In this document: piece after piece, positions 58,721 to 64,000 of the stretch | Position numbering within the stretch: position 1 is the first letter of the stretch | Layout of the letters: each line of letters opens with the position of its first letter | NCBI GenBank assembly: GCA_963815285.1 | Contig: CAWFGB010000008.1 | Span: 647,161-711,160, forward strand | Source of the DNA: an uncultured Acidobacteriota bacterium | GTDB lineage: Bacteria > Acidobacteriota > Vicinamibacteria > Vicinamibacterales > UBA2999 | Direction: 5' to 3' | Length of the DNA: 64,000 bases | Translations under genes and position numbers: made by a program | The notes under the pieces: generated by a model | Databases searched by the model: none | What the model saw: only the letters and a program-made list of their open reading frames with translations | Told to the model about the DNA's origin: nothing

Positions 58721-61141
58721 GTGGCCAAACGCACGTCCGAACCTTCCCTCTTCGATTTCGACGACACCACAACGCCAGGCGGCGGCAGCCCGCCGCCGTC
58801 CTCCCCGCCTGCCGGTGGCGGCGGATCTCAGGACGGCAACGTGGTCGCGCTGCACGAAGCCGCGCAAGCCCGGTACCTGAACTACGCGTTGTCGGTGATC
58901 ACCTCGCGCGCCTTGCCGGATGTCCGCGATGGGCTCAAGCCGGTGCAGCGCCGCATTCTTTACACGATGTGGCAGCAGAACCTGACGGCTGACGCGAAGC
59001 ACCGCAAGTGCGCCAAGGTCGTCGGTGACGTCATGGGCAACTACCATCCGCACGGCGATGCCGCCATTTACGAAACGCTGGTTCGCATGGCGCAGTCGTT
59101 TTCCCTGCGCGTGCCGCTCGTCGATGGATCCGGCAACTTCGGGTCGCTCGACGGCGATCCGCCGGCGGCCATGCGCTATACCGAGTGCCGGTTGGCACGC
59201 GTCTCCGGCGAGATGCTGCAGGAACTCGATCGCGATACGGTCGCGTATCGTCCCAATTACGACGGCACGCGCACCGAGCCCGTCGTCCTGCCCGCACGCC
59301 TCCCTAATCTGCTGGTCAACGGTGCGACCGGCATCGCCGTGGGTATGGCCACCAACATCCCGCCGCATAACCTTGGGGAGGTGTGTACCTCGCTCATCAA
59401 GCTGCTCGACAACCAGGAGCTGACGAGCGTGCAGTTGTGCCGCTACATCAAGGGGCCTGACTTTCCCACCAGCGGCCACATCTTGAACTCGCAGGCGGAG
59501 CTCAAAGAGATCTACAAAACCGGTCAAGGCTCCATCCGCCTGCGCGCGACCTGGGAGAACGGCCCCGCGTCCAGGAGCGCCAAGACGATCTACATCACCA
59601 GCATCCCCTACGGGCTCGACAAGAATCCGCTCGTCACCGCCATCGGCGACGTCGTGCTGAGCCGCAAGATGCCACACCTCATCGACGTGCGCGATCTCTC
59701 CACCGACGATGTGCGGATCGAGTTGGAGCTGAAGCCGGGCGCGGACGAGAACCTCGTGATGGCTTACCTGTTCAAGCACACGCAGCTGCAGACGACCTTC
59801 TCGGTCAACATGACGTGCCTGGTGCCGATTGAAGGGTCGGACGTGGGCCGCCCTCAGCGGCTCGAACTGCGTGAGGCGCTGTGGCACTTCCTGCACTTCC
59901 GGCTCGAGGTGGTCACCGCGCGCCTCGAGCACGAGCTCGAGCAGCTGCGCCGCCGCATCCACATTCTCGAGGGTTTCGAGAAGGTCTTCGATGCGCTCGA
60001 CGAGATCGTTCGCATCATCCGCAAGTCCGATGGCAAGGCGGACGCGGCCGACAAGATCATCGCCCGCTTCGCGCTCGACGCCGAACAGACGGACGCCATT
60101 CTCGAGCTCAAGCTTTACCGGCTCGCCCGGCTGGAGATTCTGGTCATCCGCAACGAGCTGGCGGAAAAGCGCAAACGGTCGCGCCAGATCTCGGCGCTGC
60201 TGAAGGACGAAGCGTCGCGCTGGGGGCTGGTGCGTGACGAGCTCGAAGAGGTGCAGAAGAAATACGGCGAGCCGCGCCGCACCCGGATCGAGGAAACCGA
60301 GGAGATCGAATACTCCGCCGACGCCTTCATCGTCGAAGAAGACAACGTTGTCATCATTTCTCGCGACGGTTGGGTGAAGCGGCAAAAGGAAGTGAAGGAT
60401 CTGTCCACGACGAGGCTGCGGGAGGGCGACAGCGTGCTGTCCGCCGCCGCCGGCAGCACTCGAGCGAGCGTCGTCTTCTTCAGCAACTTCGGCGTCGCCT
60501 ATACGGCGCGCGTGGTCGATATCCCGGCATCGACAGGTTATGGCGAGCCGATTCAGAAGCTGTTCAAGTTGAAGGACGGCGAGCGGATCGTCGGCGCGCT
60601 CAGCCTCGACCCTCGCGCCATCGGTGAGATTCTCCCGAAGAAGAAGGGCGCCGCCGCGTCAGACGAGCCCCCGGTGCACGCGATTGCGGTGACCAGTGAC
60701 GGGTACGCGTTGCGCTTTTCGCTCGAGCCGTTCGTCGAGCCGAGCACGCGATCAGGCCGCCGCTATGCCCGTGCCGCACAGGGGGCCGAGATCGTGTCAG
60801 CGGCGGTGACGACCGGCGAAGAGGTGGTCATCGCGGCGACCGCGGACGCGCGCGCGCTGCTGACCACCGCCAATGAAGTGAATTTCCTGTCGGGGCCAGG
60901 CCGAGGCGTGATCCTGATCAAGGTGAACTTCCCGGACGACAGGGTGATCGGCGCGCTGGTGTCGAAGGGTGATCGGGATCTGATGACCGTGGAGACGAGT
61001 CGCGGCGCCGAGCAGACGATCAGCACGGCGAAGTACGAGGTGACCGGGCGAGGAGGAAAGGGCCGCGAGTTGTTGCAGCGCGGTCAGTTCGTCAGAGTGC
61101 TGCCAGGCGAGGTGGAGATTCAATCGGTCGGCGAGCCCTGA
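58721..61141 (+). CDS. Type IIA topoisomerase subunit A (ParC-like)
   Basis: [45 protein letters not shown]; C-terminal beta-pinwheel blades. Confidence 0.93.
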   Translation: MAKRTSEPSLFDFDDTTTPGGGSPPPSSPPAGGGGSQDGNVVALHEAAQARYLNYALSVITSRALPDVRDGLKPVQRRILYTMWQQNLTADAKHRKCAKVVGDVMGNYHPHGDAAIYETLVRMAQSFSLRVPLVDGSGNFGSLDGDPPAAMRYTECRLARVSGEMLQELDRDTVAYRPNYDGTRTEPVVLPARLPNLLVNGATGIAVGMATNIPPHNLGEVCTSLIKLLDNQELTSVQLCRYIKGPDFPTSGHILNSQAELKEIYKTGQGSIRLRATWENGPASRSAKTIYITSIPYGLDKNPLVTAIGDVVLSRKMPHLIDVRDLSTDDVRIELELKPGADENLVMAYLFKHTQLQTTFSVNMTCLVPIEGSDVGRPQRLELREALWHFLHFRLEVVTARLEHELEQLRRRIHILEGFEKVFDALDEIVRIIRKSDGKADAADKIIARFALDAEQTDAILELKLYRLARLEILVIRNELAEKRKRSRQISALLKDEASRWGLVRDELEEVQKKYGEPRRTRIEETEEIEYSADAFIVEEDNVVIISRDGWVKRQKEVKDLSTTRLREGDSVLSAAAGSTRASVVFFSNFGVAYTARVVDIPASTGYGEPIQKLFKLKDGERIVGALSLDPRAIGEILPKKKGAAASDEPPVHAIAVTSDGYALRFSLEPFVEPSTRSGRRYARAAQGAEIVSAAVTTGEEVVIAATADARALLTTANEVNFLSGPGRGVILIKVNFPDDRVIGALVSKGDRDLMTVETSRGAEQTISTAKYEVTGRGGKGRELLQRGQFVRVLPGEVEIQSVGEP

Positions 61142-61146
61142 TCGTG

Positions 61147-61695
61147 CTAGCGCTTCTCGACTCCCAGCTCCGCTAGCTTCGCCGCGACATCCGCGCCGGC
61201 CGACGACGTCTTCACCGCTTTGTCGATGTGGAGAATCCTGCCGTCGGGGCCGATGTAGAACGTCCAACGCGATGCAAAGCCCAGTCGGCCCAGAACACCG
61301 TAGGCGGCCGCAACTTCTTTCGACGGATCCGCGAGGATCGGGTAGTCGGCCTCGACGTGCTCAGCGAACTTCCCGTTCTCTTCCGCGCTATCGACGCTGG
61401 CCGCGAAGTAAGCGACGTTGAACTGCCGGATGGCCTCGCCGCTCTCACGGAGCGACTTGCATTCGGCCGTTCAACCACCAGTGAACGCTTTCGGGAACCA
61501 GGCGAGCACGACGGTGCTCTTGCCCTTGAAGTCGGCAAGTCGATAGGTCTTACCGTCCGACCCCGGAAGGTTGAAGGGCGGAGCCGGATCGCCGACTTGC
61601 AATTCGGGAGCAGACTGTCGGCCGAAGCTGGTGAGGCCGGCCACAGCCGTGAGCGCGACGCCGGCCGCAAGCGTGAGGGCGGTGCGCACCTTCAT
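61147..61695 (-). CDS. Exported peroxiredoxin (BCP/PrxQ-like), selenocysteine-containing
   Basis: WFPKAFTGG-TGA(61471-61473)-TAECKSLRES...RWTFYIGPDGRI...LGVEKR*; the frame stays open past the TGA. Confidence 0.88.
61432..61468 (-). promoter_or_regulatory. Candidate bacterial SECIS hairpin
   Basis: GTCGCTC-CGTGA-GAGCGGC stem-loop beginning 14 nt after the UGA, flanked by GGCC/GGCC. Confidence 0.7.
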
Positions 61696-61839
61696 GGTGC
61701 GATGGTAGCAGACGGCCCTCCCTTGCAGTGTGGCGCGTAGAGTGAGCGAGGCTGATAAGTTGGGCACGGCCGGTCCGACTGGTAGGGCTGGTGGCCCACC
61801 CTTCTGCGTCGCGCGCCCCACCTGCCTCACAATAGGAGC

Positions 61840-64000
61840 GTGCTCAGGCGGGCGTTGAGGCTTCTGGCCAATGCGGCAATCGCGGTGGCGGCGATTGCCG
61901 TCATCGGTCTGCTGATCCTGCACACCAACCCAGTTCAGCGGCGGGTCCTCAACTGGTCGGTCGGGGAGCTGGAACGGCGGTTCGATCTCGACCTGGTCGC
62001 CGACGACCTGCACTACAACCTGGCCACCCGCCGCGTCACCATGACCAACGTGCGGCTGGCGGCGCTCGACCACCCGGACGACCCGTTTTTCGTTGCCCGG
62101 ACCGTCGCGGTGCATCTGCCCTGGTCGATCTTCCGCGGGCAGTTGCGATTCGACGAGGTGTCGATCGGCAGCGGCAGCGTCACCATCTCACGCGACGCGA
62201 GCGGCGAATCGAACCTGCCACCGGGACGCGGCACACGAGACCCGAATGCGCCGCCGCGCCGAATCGACATCCGCGGCCTGCAGATACGCAACCTCGACTT
62301 CGCCTATCGCGATCTCCAGCGCGACATCGAGATCAGCACCCCTCAGATTCGAACCGATCTCGACTGGGATGCCGGTGAGGCGGGCGCGAAGGGTCCGCTG
62401 GCCATCGAGCAGGAGGTTCTGATTCGTGTGCGGAATCGCCGCGTCACCATCAAGCCGATCACCGGCGTGATGCTGTTCAACGGCTCAGATGTCGAACTCG
62501 AGGGCGTGCGTCTCGACACCACCGATGGGCTTTTCTCCATGACCGGCGAAATCGATCGCGCCCTCGACCGCCCGACGTTGAACCTCGCATTCAACGGAAC
62601 GACGGAGCTGGCTCAGTCCTCACAGTGGGCCAACCCGCCGATTCACATCGCAGGACCAGCGGTCATTGACGCAAAGATGACGGGCGCGCCGAGTACGTTC
62701 ATTCTCGACGCGCGGGTCGTCGCCGAGAGCGCGGAGGTCGGCCTGGCCCGCGGCGTCGGAATTGAGGCGCAGGCACAACTGACTCCAAACGGGCTCGAGG
62801 TTTCGCGCTCGTCGGTCCGCCCCGCCACTGGCGGTGAAGTGCTTGCCACCGTCGATCTGTCGTTTGCGGCCAACTCGCCATGGTGGATCAAGGCAAACTA
62901 CAGCGGCATCGATGCGGTATCCGCGTTCCAGCTGGCGGAGGTGCGGCCGCTTCCATTCGGCGCGTCGCTCACCGGCACGGCGCTGATCACGCGAGCACCG
63001 AACGAGCCGTTTCGACTCGAGGTTCACAACACCTCGTCGCCGCGTCAGGCGCCCGAGACGGCGCCGCTCGGGGGTACTGTCCAGTTCCTGATCGAGGGCA
63101 ATCGCTGGCGGGCAAACCAGGACCATCGAATGGGGTCCACACACGTTACCGGCCCGATTGGAGGGACGTGGAATCGCCAAGCCGCCATCCGTTCGACGTT
63201 TGACGGCACCCTCAACGTGGAGACGCGGGACGTTGGCGAAGCAGCCCGCTATGCAGCGCTCTTCGACTTGAGAACCCCTGAGATCGTCAGAACTGCGAGC
63301 GGACCGGTTACCGCCGTAGTGACCATGAGCGGCACGTTCACGGAGCCGCGCTTCGTCGGCGTCGCGCGCAGTGACGGCGTTGACTTCTCCTCAATCGGCC
63401 GCACCGCGTTGTCCGCAGAGTTCGACGCGTCCGCTCGCGCGCTCCGGGCCACGAACATCGATGCCGACATCGGCTCGACGACGATTCGCGGGGAGGTGCT
63501 GGCAGACCTCGTCTCGCGGAAGCTCGACGGCCGGTTGGAGGTGGCGTCACCCAATGCCGCTGACTTGTTGTCGGCACTTCCTGAAAGCGTCCGGCTCCAA
63601 GGTCCCTTGTCGGCGACCGCCACGCTCGACGGAACCGTCGATACGCCCGGCATCGTCGCCGAGGTGAGCGGGAAGGATCTGACGCTGGCGGAGCAGCCCA
63701 TCTCGTCCCTAACCGCGACTGCACGGGTTGTCGGAGATGGCGTAGATGTCGAGCGCCTCACCGCCCGTCAGGAAGCTGGCGGGGAGCTCGTGGCGTCGGG
63801 CCGCTACGATTGGGGCGCGTGGACGTACACCGCCGACCTCAATGGCCAGAATCTGATCTGGCGCGGCACGCTGGCCCGGCTGGGTGACGCCGAAGCGCGC
63901 GTCGCGCTGAAGTTCTCCGGTGCTGGGCCGGTCGATAGCCCCGTCGGAGACGGCGTCATCGAGTTTGCCGTCACTGGGGGTGTGGCCGGCGACTTGATCG
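61840..64000 (+). CDS. AsmA/TamB-like large periplasmic protein, 3' end beyond window edge
   Basis: AGGAG then GTG; N-terminal TM anchor (LLILHTNPVQRRV), beta-rich, apparently open to the window end; missing from the ORF track. Confidence 0.75.
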   Translation, partial: MLRRALRLLANAAIAVAAIAVIGLLILHTNPVQRRVLNWSVGELERRFDLDLVADDLHYNLATRRVTMTNVRLAALDHPDDPFFVARTVAVHLPWSIFRGQLRFDEVSIGSGSVTISRDASGESNLPPGRGTRDPNAPPRRIDIRGLQIRNLDFAYRDLQRDIEISTPQIRTDLDWDAGEAGAKGPLAIEQEVLIRVRNRRVTIKPITGVMLFNGSDVELEGVRLDTTDGLFSMTGEIDRALDRPTLNLAFNGTTELAQSSQWANPPIHIAGPAVIDAKMTGAPSTFILDARVVAESAEVGLARGVGIEAQAQLTPNGLEVSRSSVRPATGGEVLATVDLSFAANSPWWIKANYSGIDAVSAFQLAEVRPLPFGASLTGTALITRAPNEPFRLEVHNTSSPRQAPETAPLGGTVQFLIEGNRWRANQDHRMGSTHVTGPIGGTWNRQAAIRSTFDGTLNVETRDVGEAARYAALFDLRTPEIVRTASGPVTAVVTMSGTFTEPRFVGVARSDGVDFSSIGRTALSAEFDASARALRATNIDADIGSTTIRGEVLADLVSRKLDGRLEVASPNAADLLSALPESVRLQGPLSATATLDGTVDTPGIVAEVSGKDLTLAEQPISSLTATARVVGDGVDVERLTARQEAGGELVASGRYDWGAWTYTADLNGQNLIWRGTLARLGDAEARVALKFSGAGPVDSPVGDGVIEFAVTGGVAGDLI

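Noticed and set aside
61471-62115. 214-aa ORF as given in the track
   Set aside because: Its first 140 codons are mostly antisense to the TamB-like gene; the real gene starts at 61695 and reads through the TGA.

Overview
High-GC bacterial chromosome segment. Gene content (ADOP-type permeases, Acidobacterial VWA, PadR, carboxypeptidase-regulatory-domain proteins, Ser/Thr kinase-TolB fusions) suggests Acidobacteriota, probably Vicinamibacterales; this is inferred, not searched. About 50 mostly intact housekeeping and catabolic genes flank a decayed accessory region (~45.9-57.2 kb). I saw no rRNA, tRNA or CRISPR array. Highlights: (1) an intact operon inside the decayed region, with a sigma54-type promoter, encoding a secreted S8 protease ending in 8 tandem NIVWGN repeats and a membrane HD-GYP/GAF/GGDEF protein, a candidate peptide-signalling system; (2) a group II intron 3' remnant that ends at the ATG of the next gene and carries a TAGAAT box spaced like the window's many apparently leaderless promoters; (3) a signal-peptide-bearing peroxiredoxin with UGA at the catalytic Cys plus a SECIS-like hairpin; (4) an internally deleted aac(3)-IV-like pseudogene; (5) an orphan BMC shell gene behind a D-threonine-aldolase-family gene; (6) a nitrilase-family enzyme with Met in place of the catalytic Lys; (7) several families of 7-, 9- and 13-bp degenerate intergenic repeats. 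All family assignments come from motif recognition by eye, not database searches.
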